A DNA stretch of 64,000 nt from Bigelowiella natans CCMP2755 (Eukaryota; Protista; Cercozoa), in NCBI GenBank assembly GCA_000320545.1, contig ADNK01000140.1, positions 62,001 through 126,000 on the forward strand. Reading direction: 5' to 3'. The notes under the pieces are model-generated. The model was not told the DNA's origin. It searched no databases and saw only the letters and a list, made by a program, of their open reading frames with translations. The translations under genes and the position numbers were made by a program. This document shows, piece by piece, positions 1-11,000 of the stretch. Numbering within the stretch: position 1 is the stretch's first letter; each line of letters begins with the position of its first letter.

Positions 1-3000
1 TCGTTACCTCCTTGGCGAATTTGTACCCTATTTCGCCCTTGTCTTCCTTGTCCAATTCTTTGATGATTTTACTGGCGTCAGCCCCCATGACTACTTGATG
101 TTATTATTACTTGCTTCTCAGGTTGATGCGGAGAGAGGTCAGAGCACTCGCGGCACTAGCGAAAGTTCGGCTCGAAATTTCCAGTGATTGTCAGACATAC
201 GTGTTATTATTGGCACATTATTATGTACTGAAATCCAACCCATTTATGTCCTACGACAACATACACTTAGATGGATGCAGAGAACTGCTCGGTGATTTTA
301 AGTTCGATGTTTTACCGATGAAAAGAGCTCACTTCTACTACTAGGAAACACTACTAGCTCAAAACAATCATAATAATGCGGATATACAGATGGATGCATG
401 TTAGATTTTTACAGATAAAAATAGCTCATTTATTTCATCGGAATGATCTGCAGCCTCAAAACCAACCTAATAATACGGATTGATAGATGGATTAGTGTCA
501 GATGTTTTGCCGATAAAAATAGCTCCTTTATGTCATCGGAATGATTCTACTGCTGCCTGGTAGACTACTACCTCAAAACCCGTTAGAGAAGATGGGATAG
601 AATGGTGGGCGGAAGGATGGAGCACTCATGGAGAATCTTACGACTAGAAGACAGGTTGCAGGTCATGGGGCTGCATAGGTCATAGAGCCTTGCCATTGGA
701 TATGGTAAAGGACTCGTGTGAAGCAAGAAAATGAGGCGATTCGATAAGACTACCGAGGATGTGGCCAGCTCCAAATTTGCTGCTATGGTCTTCTTCGCTG
801 TAGTCTTCTGCTTTGCCTTGTCTCTTGGCACTCCACGTGCCCGTCATGCAAAGCTAAAGAGTGCAATTATAGAACTGCCACCGTTCTTAAACGGTTTCAA
901 GGTTAAGCTTAGCCTATGAGATGGAAAGAAAGGGGAGTTTTTATACATTTTCCATTCTCACTAGTTGTCCATTTTTGCAGCCAGAGAAGATGAAGACTGG
1001 GGACGCTCGAGTCACCCTTGTTCGTAACATAAACTCTCCCGACCCTTGGGATTATGACCCCCCCGCTGGTTGTTTTTCGTGAGATCTGTTTCTACCCTTC
1101 TAAGCCTTGCTAACGTACAGAGAAATCCTTCTCCTCCTGTGCAGTTCTGATATCGTCTACAATCATCTTCCCAGGGGTCGCTCCCACCCCAGCACCAAAG
1201 CGAAGACCAGAGGAACAATGGGTTCCCCTTTTTGGAACCAATATTTCGGTGCCTCCCGGTAAGAACGTACATCCTCGCAGCATTGTAAGCTTATACCAAT
1301 ATCACGACGTTTCGGACTCAGACTTCCACGGAAAATTCAAGGGAGAATTTCTAACCCCTCCACATCTTGAAAAAGTAAGGATATTCTCAGTTTATGATTC
1401 ATTTAATTGCATGTTCGTATTTTACTGTCTTTAGGACTGCAGCATGCATTTGTATAGTACAAACCTAAATAATCTATTTGGCACTATTATTACAATATAT
1501 ATTCTTTGAATTCTAAATTGAAGTATATGTGTACAACTGAATAAATGGCAAATAAAAGGCGCAACAAGCATATGAGGATCCCAGGAACTATTTAGAGGCT
1601 GTCAACTTCACAATTGCCAATGTCATAGAAACTGGAATGGTAGTTCGCATCATCACGATGTGGTTGTTGTTTTTGTTGTTGTTGTAGGATTGCTGTTTGC
1701 TGCTGCTGCTGATACTACTGCACCATCTGCAAAGCAGTAAGCTTTCACATCATAATTCTTATAACCATCTCAGGTCGAAATTCAGGGAAAGAACTATAGG
1801 TTTGCGAGTTTTAGCATGTTATGAAGAAGCTGGAGAAGAGAGGGAGTAGCTGATCTTCTATACCTTCTCCACTATTCTGACTTTGTTCCTTAGCATTTGG
1901 GATGGGCTTGACCCCAAGTATGCTGCACACCTCAAGGAGAAAATGTAAATGTGAAGTAGATATATCAGTTATGGGATCTCTCTTTCTACCCCTTCTTTAG
2001 TGTTAACTCACCCTAAACCTAATAATTGTGGGTATATGCTGATTAAGCGGCCGAATGATCGCAATCGAGAGGCGCATGTTTGCGAAAAGGCAAGAAGAAG
2101 TGGATCGAAAAATGGTGTCCCCAAAGGTAACTTCCCGGGGACTATGGTTGCGCAACAACATCGATGAATTAAGACCTAATGTTAAGCAGGACAGTCTCCG
2201 ATTTAACCTACGGGATCCTGATGTGAAAGAGGTGTATGATGTGTTTTTGTGTGTTATAATGATAATACGACATAACAAGAAGCAGTAACAGAATGTATGA
2301 ATTTCTGTAGCTAAAAGTTCTGGTAATAATTCTCCTTCGTTTCTCAATACTGTTCTTTTGTCTTCTCTTTCATCATGCTATAATCACAGTGGCTCTCGCT
2401 ACATATGGAACTTGCGGTACAGCTATTTGTCTCCTTTGTTCTGCTAAAATAATCCATATAATTTTGTGCTTGCTTCCAAAGTAGTGGAAATGATCGTGCA
2501 CTCAAGTATCAATAATGTCATTATAAAGGCTGAGGGCGACCTTATCAATTCCGGTTTTGACAATTCAACCAAGGAATTTTGTAGGCTACAACAGGTGCAT
2601 CACCCTATATGTTGGCAACTACAACAACGACAACAACAACAACAACTACTACTAGCACAACTACTTATATTCATATTGCAATGTCCCTCTCATATATTAT
2701 CAGATGCGGAGAGACTATAGCCTGGCTCTGATTATGGATTTGGTAAAATCTAGACCGAGAAAGAAGGAGGAAAAGTATCACAACTTGACAGCGACTACTA
2801 CGACTTCTTCTTCTTCTTCATCATCTACTACTACTACTACTACTACTACTACCACTACCAATCACGAGCCACCGGAAGAAGTGTATGCGCTTCTTAGGAC
2901 TTATGATCAACAGAAATGGGGTATTGTAGAACAGGAGGAGGAGGAGAAAGAGAGGAAGAACATGGCAGAGGCAAAAAGGAGTGATAGTAGCAGCAGTAGT

Positions 3001-3069
3001 GGGAGGAACTTAACACAGTTGGTGATAAGTAAGCTCGCAGAACTGAGTCTAAATCAAATTAAAAGGTGG

Positions 3070-3101
<32 letters not shown>

Positions 3102-4237
3102 TTTGGGCGATGCTTGGTAAAGATGTCAGACGATGATGACAGTGATGAGATGATGATAATGGTGATGATGATGATAAAGTTGATGATTGATTATTATAAT
3201 TATAGTAATCTGAATAAACACTTCCACGTCTTCTCTCTTTATTCACCGATGATAAGGCTCCATGATGAAAGAATAGGAACGGAATCAACGCAACAAGGAT
3301 GTAAATGGAATCACGAAAGCCTTCCATTGAAAGAAGAAAAAGACGACGATGACGACAAAGAAACAGTCCGCATGAATGATGACAGGAGGGGAGACAACGA
3401 CGATTATACAGCCAGGTAGAAGGAGAAGATGATAGTAATCAATCATGTTCTATCATCTTTCAAGTCGGCGATTAATAATGGATATGGTGACCATTTTATT
3501 TTTTTTGGTTTTCATCTATTATATTATCATCATTATCGTCATCATCATCATCATTTTTAGTCTGAAGGAAAGGTCAGATAAGCTGGCAAAAGAACTATTC
3601 TCAGCGGACATCAAACGTCGCCAATCACAGATGGTACTACTACTTACCGCTAATTGTAGTATTAGTACTGGGGTAACATACAGTACTAAGATATAGCTAT
3701 TGGGTAGTGGTTGGGGAGAAGAAGAGGATTAAATGGTAGACCTTGCTTCTTCCTGATTTTACGATTTAAGGCACTTTTGGCTAAGATATTCGTAGTATGG
3801 GGGATTTGATATATTTGCGATATAAGTTTGGTCGTGCGTCTATTTGTGTGTTTGTGTGAGCACAATCATGATTATCATCACCATCCTTATTACAATTGTC
3901 ATTCTATGTATAAATTGGAAAGGATGAAATACCTTGGTGGATGAAAGATACTTACGGTATTTGCAAGACGTCGAGTCTTTATACCTTCCTAACCCTAACC
4001 CTAACCCTAACCCCTCCTCCCCTGTATAAAACGAGCGCTGCGACATGGCATTTTCCACTCTATACTTCTTCCTTCCTTTTTCCTTCGTAGAAATCAGGAA
4101 GAGTAGGTATAGAGGAGGGAGGACTAGATATCGAGAGGAATAGATCAGAAAATTGCCTTATTAGACTTCAAAAGATGAAGACATAAGATCTATTACCAGT
4201 ATTACAGTTCCTGACCATTATCCACAAATATACATGT

Positions 4238-4273
<36 letters not shown>

Positions 4274-5349
4274 TCAGGTTCTCCGCCGGGTGGAGCACTA
4301 TCCATAAGGTCAAGTTTCTTGTCGTCACAGATAACAATAGTAATCTGAAAGAGGAAAGGAACTTCTCGTAAGAGGATTGCGATGAAATAAGTTTTGGTTT
4401 TATTCTTAAATCTCCTAACATTCTATTCTTCTTCCCAATGAGGATTCTGTTGCTCGTATCTTACGTTACCTTTAAGCTGATTAATATTTCGTTTCTCATC
4501 AACTTGGTTTTTCTGAATGTCGTTGTCATTCTGTTTAACTGCCCTTCTAAACCCATTATGAACGATTAAAATGAGTAGATCTTGGAATGCATCGAGAGTA
4601 TTGCTATGGGCAAGACAGAGCAAGTAAAGAACACTGCAGAAAAGGAGAGAGAAAAGGGAAAGGGGACGGACGAGATCAGACCTTTCGATTTTCCCTCAAT
4701 CGCGATCTACTCAAGAGAACCATAGAACTAGTCTCAGGAAATTGCGATGCGGCTGCTTTTGTTTTTAAAAAAACCTCATGAAAAGAACTCCACTATCAAA
4801 CTTCTTCCCTGATTTGATCCTTGCTTATAATATCTTCTTTTATCGCTTTGTGCACGTAGACTTCCCCTCCATCTCCAGAAGGCTCTGGCTGAGAGTTATA
4901 TCACTGGCAAAATCCTGATTAACTACTCGGAACAAATGATGATTGAAGATGGCTTGAAAGTAATCCTTACCCGTACTGACCAAAATGTTGCTAATTACTA
5001 GCTTCTAGAACGCAAATTCACTTATTGCATGACACATAGATTACTGTGTATCCTCATTCGTCATCACCACTTACGTAATCATCACCTGGCTCCAATGCAC
5101 TCGACAGCGAGGACAGAGGGAGCTACTATTAGAGTCCATAGAGGAGCTTAAGGGGCAAGAGATTGTAACCCACTTAACCTAATTTCAAAGTCGATTATGA
5201 TTGCTTCTTCGTCGATAGTAATAATGTAATATTTTTGCTTGTTTACTGGTTAGGAGAGATTAGGTCCAAAGGCTGTTGAATTAGAACCGGGATTATTCAT
5301 CTCCCATCTCCCGAAAGGTCGTGAATCGATGTATGATAGAGATTCGTGA
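1..5349 (+). CDS. Multi-exon gene of unknown function, 5'-truncated
   Basis: Chain of plus-strand exons with pyrimidine-tract acceptors and GT donors (e.g. LYQYHDVSDSDFHGKFKGEFLTPPHLEK|gtaagg ~1285-1373; IWDGLDPKYAAHLKEKM ~1894-1945; LPLHLQKALAESYITGKILINYSEQMMIEDGLK ~4860-4960). Likely last exon GPKAVELEPGLFISHLPKGRESMYDRDS* ends at 5349. No family motif recognised; could be more than one gene. Confidence 0.4.
269..586 (+). repeat. Degenerate tandem triplication (~100-115 bp units)
   Basis: Units begin AGATGGAT at ~269, ~388 and ~485. Each contains GAT(G)TTTT(A/G)C(A/C)GAT(A/G)AAAA(G/T)AGCTC and a CTCAAAAC block. Confidence 0.7.
3988..4014. repeat. Short interstitial (CCCTAA)n telomere-like tract
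   Basis: cctaaccctaaccctaaccctaacccc, about 4 units. Confidence 0.7.
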
Positions 5350-5779
5350 AGCTCAAGACCGGTGGAAGAGGGATCATAATACTTGCAATACTAATTGCAT
5401 CCAATTCACAAACTTTGCATTCAGAATGTAGATGAGAGCAGCACCATGAGGACATCATGCGCAACATTAGATGAAAAGGCGTAGCGAACATTAGCCACGT
5501 GAACACGATAGTAGTGATGCACTATGCAGCAGGACAATCACAAGACCACTCTAGCATTGCACACTGAGTGCTCATTGCTCCTGCAGCTCGGACCATTGAA
5601 TAGTAGTTACACACTCCGTGCTCATTTCAAAATGTGCATTTGTTACTTGTCGCACTTGTTGCGCAGATGTGCATGTGCATGCATCACTTGGAAACTAGAT
5701 CATGCTCTAGAGCTGGAGTTTCAACTAGCCAGCGAACTGATGTGGGACATCGTATGACATTTTGAGACATGAGATTGTG

Positions 5780-5820
5780 AGACGGATGTGATGAAATGTT
5801 CAAATTTTTTCAATGGTCAT
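5780..5820 (+). repeat. Copy of a ~42-bp dispersed intergenic repeat
   Basis: agacggatgtgatgaaatgttcaaattttttcaatggtcat resembles 33782-33822, the reverse complement of 33722-33761, and 51077-51118. Confidence 0.55.
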
Positions 5821-6340
5821 CCCAATACAATTATATATACTGTGTCTATAGTCAATGTAGCTGTGCAGTGCAGCGGCTACAGCGCTCAAATTGTGTCTGT
5901 TTGTTTTCCTGGTCACGTGTTGCATGCATGAAAATGCATTGCGATTTGGTCTAGTATGTCGTGCATTGCGCGCAGCTGCACGATTTGTTTTTTCTGAGAG
6001 ACATGAGATTGTACGTTTGTCTAGATGTTGTGCGTGCGATCTAGCTGATGTGTCATCATTTGTCGTTGGTATGCTTGCAGCTACGGGATATCACGCTAAG
6101 CAATAAATAGCATCGAATCTGCACCGGCACTATGCACATAATGATGTACAACAGTACGTTTGAGCACAATAGCTAAGATATTTCCCTTGAATAAACATCT
6201 CGTGAGTGTCATGCGGTACCCAGGTAATGATGTGAGCAGTATTCTTAAAAAATTACGATACGTCACAGCTAGAAGGCTATTACAGTTTTTGCTGGTTGAT
6301 CAGACTCGTTTCTCCAGCGATATGTGCACGAGAATATCTT

Positions 6341-7377
6341 TTACTTTTTCTTTTCCTCTGTTTTTGTTCCGCACTTCCCTTTGTTTTCTGTACATTTCAC
6401 CACGATAACTGGGCAAGGCATGTTATGCACACAGTAGTCCGAAACAGATCCAATGAGAATCCTGCTCGTTGCTCCGAGACCTGAAGTAAGAAAATTGTCG
6501 AACCATGGAAGTTGAGAATAATGAAGGCTGAAATATATATACCCCGCGATCCGACGGCAACGACATCAATATTTTCCCTAAGAGCAAAGTCACACAGAGC
6601 GCACTTGACTTTCCCCTGAAGAATTACGCCTTCTGTGTCGAGTCCTAGTGTAAGGAGATGGTATTATTACAGCATGTCCTTTACTGAGATGAAAAGGGTT
6701 AACTCCATGATCACACCGCTTCTTAGACAAATTTTCTGGAACTCCTTGATCATTTCGCGAGCTTTCTTCTCATAGAGTTTATCCAAATTTTTTGTAAGAT
6801 CTTCAAGGCTGTTATTGTTGCACAGAATCAATTGAAGTAGGTGCGTGTACATTTATAAACTGAATGAAGGACCTTGCGTACCCAAAACCTTCCATCTTAT
6901 GGCGATCTTTGTCGGGTAGAACGATCGGGCGTAAGTCGAGCACGTGAATTAATGTAACCTGTATCATAATTCACCAAACTCTGGGCTGATATACCTCCCA
7001 GTTCAGAAGGACTTGACCTCATCGTCGTCTTTCAGGAAGTTGTCAATCAGCCAACTCAGAGCATCAACACTGGATGTAAAGTGTTTGTATTAGATGAATG
7101 CTCAGAAGAATAGTTCTTACGCATCTTTAAGTATGTGGAGGAAAGTGTATTACCTGCAAGGTGATGATTCGAGAGCAATGGCGACCTTTCGTTTCATTTT
7201 ACTGTTGCTGTTTTTCTACTCGTAATCATTTGTAGTCATTGTGAGTCAGGATTTCAGCAAAAGACAAAGCAGATATCTGCAGACCTTTTGGCTATTAGCT
7301 TTCATCAAAGTTGTTGGTGAGGGCATGGTAGGATTTGGAATCCTTGCACGTGGTGCTCTAGTGTTACAAATTTCCAT
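6341..7377 (-). CDS. Universal stress protein (UspA-like domain), spliced
   Basis: Exons give MKRKVAIALESSPCS|SVDALSWLIDNFLKDDDE ... GLDTEGVILQGKVKCALCDFALRENIDVVAVGSRG|LGATSRILIGSVSDYCVHNMPCPVIVVK, the USP GSRG...GSVS..v....CPVxVV signature. Stop TAA at 6341-6343. Start is either ATG 7197 or an upstream exon starting at ATG 7377. Confidence 0.85.
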
Positions 7378-7479
7378 CCTAGAAAATCCTTGAAATTGTT
7401 CACAAATTTACATCTACGTCTTCGACAAGATCAAGTCGCACGTTTTAAAAGGGAAAATCGATCGGCGTGCTGGTGGGTA

Positions 7480-7681
7480 TCTGAGAAACACAACAGTTCT
7501 TTCTTCTCATTCCGCAATTCATCTGTCCAATGGGATTCTTTTCCCTCCTGCGTCAAGCTCTAGAGCTCAAAAAAATGAAAAATGACTTCTGGCAAAGGAC
7601 AAAATTGTGCCATCGTTGCCAGGATTGCCTTTCAATTTCAGAAGTTGCTCTGCTGGCACAACTGTTGGTTCGACGTGCACA
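7480..7681. other. TpA-depleted island A, left part (split by the LTR element)
   Basis: 202 bp containing one TA, which lies in CTAG (7560-7563). Confidence 0.8.
7678..7681. repeat. Target-site duplication, left (CACA)
   Basis: CACA immediately precedes TGTTG at 7682; the same 4-mer follows the other LTR at 13398-13401. Confidence 0.85.
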
Positions 7682-8007
7682 TGTTGCGCGTAAGGTGTTC
7701 ACAGGCCGAGGCGCTACGTGCACAAGTAGGCAGGGGGGGGGAAAGGCACGTTTGCTTCCTTTTGAAGAGTTGTGTTTATTTTTATTAAAGATTATATTTT
7801 TATTAAATCGTGCACTGCGTAATCATTCGCGAAGCTTTCGCGAATGCCGCCGCACGTGGGGCAGCACACTTCCGGTGTGCTGCCATGAGTCCCGCCGGAA
7901 CCCACGTGCCTATGCTGTATTAATATCTACGTTATCTATATTCTATATCCGCGACAACCCCTTTGTTGTCGCACGTGACTTGTGCCCGCGTAGTGGTACG
8001 CGCTACA
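7682..8007 (-). repeat. 3' LTR
   Basis: tgttgcgcgta...tacgcgctaca; no difference from 13072-13397 seen by eye; 11-bp terminal inverted repeat with 1 mismatch. Confidence 0.97.
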
Positions 8008-8015
8008 CCTCCCCC
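8008..8015 (-). promoter_or_regulatory. Polypurine tract
   Basis: Minus strand reads GGGGGAGG directly abutting the TGTAGCG start of the 3' LTR. Confidence 0.85.
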
Positions 8016-8058
8016 AAGTCACGTTGCTCCTTCCTTCCTTCCTTATTCCCTTAGACCT

Positions 8059-11000
8059 TCATCGCTTTCGGAACTTCACCAACCACCAGGTAATAGATTC
8101 CTCTCTAACCTTATCTCCTTTGTCGCTTACCCAGAACTCACCTTCGTCCTTAGGTTCGTGTCCATACCAGCCCTCTGCATCAAGGTCCCCCAGGACCTTA
8201 TACCAGTGCTCAAAGGGTAAGTCGGGAACAGCTAGGTAGAGTAGCTGATATTTTCCGTCCTTTATTTTCATAGCTACCCTCTCCATATTTCGTAATCCAG
8301 GGTAGCCTAGATAGACAATCTTCATGCGCCAATCGTCGTTCACCCTGACCTTATTGTTTCCATATTCCACATCGAACTTAGGTCGGGGTCCTAAACAAGG
8401 CATTGCTCGCTCCCACACAGTAGGGTTTACTTTAACATCCTCTAGGAGCTTCTCACCGATATCATAATTCTTTAGGTGACTGATGTGGCGCAAGGTGACC
8501 CTGTTCCCATCATAGATGTAGTACTGCTTCCTCCCCTTCCTCTCGGTAACCTTTGCAACGCCACCCCAGAAGGGGTCTTGTTTATTTCTCGATCTCAGAT
8601 TTACCTTGGCCCTAACATACTGTCCTTCCTTTAGAACTCGGCCATCGTACGGGACCTTCTCGTCTTCGCTCTCGGTATCGTCGTCGTTGTCGTCGCCTTC
8701 TTCCCTCTCCTTATCCTTGATACCTCCCCCAGACGTGAAGGTGTCGTTTACTAACCCTTGTATCTTGTCTGGTGTGGTGCTATTTATCCTGCTTAGGTTG
8801 GCCAAGGTGCGGTGGAGTCGCTCTACCTTGGAGTTGGACTGGGCATAGTATACAGGTGAGGCATCAATATTAGGGTGTGGTAGCTGTAGAAGAGAGGTCT
8901 CATTATCCACATGTAACTTCTTTGGTATCTTGTTTATGCTAACTTCATCAGGGATAGCCTGGAGCTCAGACTCCCAGGTACGGTAGCAGTTAGTAAGCCT
9001 CTGCTTATATAAGCCTTTGTTCTTCTTAGCAACGTTGACCTTGATAATCTTTTTAACCCAGCACTTTCCAGTGGCCACATCAACGAAGGTAAGGTAGTGA
9101 TAGCCATCGTACTTATAAACATCAATTTGCACGATATCTAAGAAGTTCCTTGCTTTGATTTTCTTAGATGCACGGCTCTTGCTGGACTCCTTGGTGGCGA
9201 CGCCTGCCGCCTTCAAGCTGGAGCACCTGCAGCCACGCAGGTATGTCCTTATCTCTTTTAGCTTGTAGGGCCAGTAGTAATGGTAGAGTAGAGCAGTGAT
9301 ATGGTTTTCTCCTACGTGTGCAGGTCCATGGGCGGTAAAGAGAAGGGCTCCCCTGGTCCGCCGTGGCACGTAGGTACGCCTAACATTATTAGTGTATACA
9401 TATATCCTATCACTAAGTACCTCATGCTTGTGTTTGTATTTATCCAGGTGTTCTTGAAGGTGCTGGAGCTCCTCTGGCTCAGGCAGGAAGTCGCCGTCCT
9501 CGAAGGTAATCGCGTTAACCATAGGGGTGACCTGGGTAGGGACTTTCTTTTCGAACAGCCTGCTGAAATAGTCAGCAAGCTGCTTGTCTCCTGGTGCGTA
9601 GACCACTGTCCTCTTGTCCCTAAACTCTTCCGTGTCCGCCCTCATAGCTGCATACTCATCGTTAGGCGCTTCGAGCTTGCGGTCGATGCCTAGGAGGGGC
9701 TTGTGGTCAGTCATTAAGGTGAAGCTGGGCACCGACAGCAGGTAGTATCTTAGTTTCCTCTGCGCCTCAGTCATGGCTTTATACTCTCCTTTTGTAGGGC
9801 TGTACTTGGCCTCAGCTGCTGTGCAGGCCCTGCCCCACACCCGTATGATCTGCTGGTCTTGGGTAAGTACAGCAGCCATACCTAGCTTAGACCAGTCTGT
9901 CCATAGGGTAGCTGGTCTAGTAGTGTCTAGCTTAGCATTCAATAGGGTGTTGCTGCATAACTTTATTAGGTTATCGAAGTGGGCATCAAGGCCAGCCTTG
10001 GCCCACACCTTAGCGAAGCTGAGGCCTACAGAGTTCTCCTTCCGGTAAGCAGTAGTAAAAGCAGCTGCAGTCCTAGCGTAGGTAGGGGAGAACCTACGTA
10101 GTATCCAAGCTGCAGTCTGCAAGAATGACTTTAACTCCTTTGCATTCTTAGGTTTAGGGGCTTGCTGTAGTGCTGCTACTTTCTCGGGGTTTGGGGTGAT
10201 GCGGCCTTGCTCCAGGTAATATCCACACCACTTGATTCTTGTAGCTAGGAATGTACACTTCTGCAGTCTAATAGTAAAACCGAAGTGTGCAAACCTAATA
10301 AATATATTTTCCAGGAGGAAGATCTGAGCGACGACTGTGTTGGTACATATTATGTCATCATCCACATACACAAACACAAACACCCACAACACAGACGCCA
10401 TCCCATCATGTGTGTATGCCCTGTAGTTCTGACTACTGAACGCATCCCCTGATATGCTTAGGCCGTAAGGGAATACGACGAAGTGCCACTTCCTGTGCCT
10501 GCTGGAGAACGCGGTAATGGGGCGGGAGGTTTTGTGGATGGGTGTCTGCATGTATGATTCATTTTTATCTAGGGAAGAGTAGTATTTGTATCCTATGACG
10601 TGTTCAATAACGTCATCTATCCTTGGTGTAGGTGTCTGGATCCTCTTTATTACTCGGTTGTGGCGGATGAAGTTGTGCGCCAGGCGGAAGAAAGGGTAAG
10701 TAGGTTTCTTAGCTAGCACATGTCTCACGTTCCATGGTGAGTTGCTTGGCTCTATCTTCCCTTCCTTTGCCCATTCATTGATCTGCCACTCTATCTTTTC
10801 CCAGTCCGCTTCCGGTCGCCTATGTTCTGGGTCATTGATGATGCACTCTTCGTATCCCTTCTTTAGCTCGATCTTTACTGGGGTAAGCTTGCTGGAGGGC
10901 TTCGTCGTCGGCTTGGTGATGTCAGAGTACTTCTCGTTTAATATTTTATTAATGTACTTTTTGCCTTTGTCGATATCCCAATCATCAGCTGGGGGGGTCT

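Noticed and set aside
1-2400. Minus-strand gene with an EF-hand-like fragment (ELDKEDKGEIG)
   Set aside because: Pyrimidine tracts and donor/acceptor pairs favour the plus strand; the fragment lacks EF-hand consensus.
3988-4014. Telomeric repeat as evidence of a chromosome end or fusion
   Set aside because: Only ~4 units inside a gene region; similar short tracts occur at ~20586 (GGGTAA) and ~31891, consistent with microsatellite slippage.
7530-8054. 174-aa plus-strand ORF (and 13055-13435) across the LTRs
   Set aside because: Antisense to the element, crosses the insertion junction, and has no protein-like composition.
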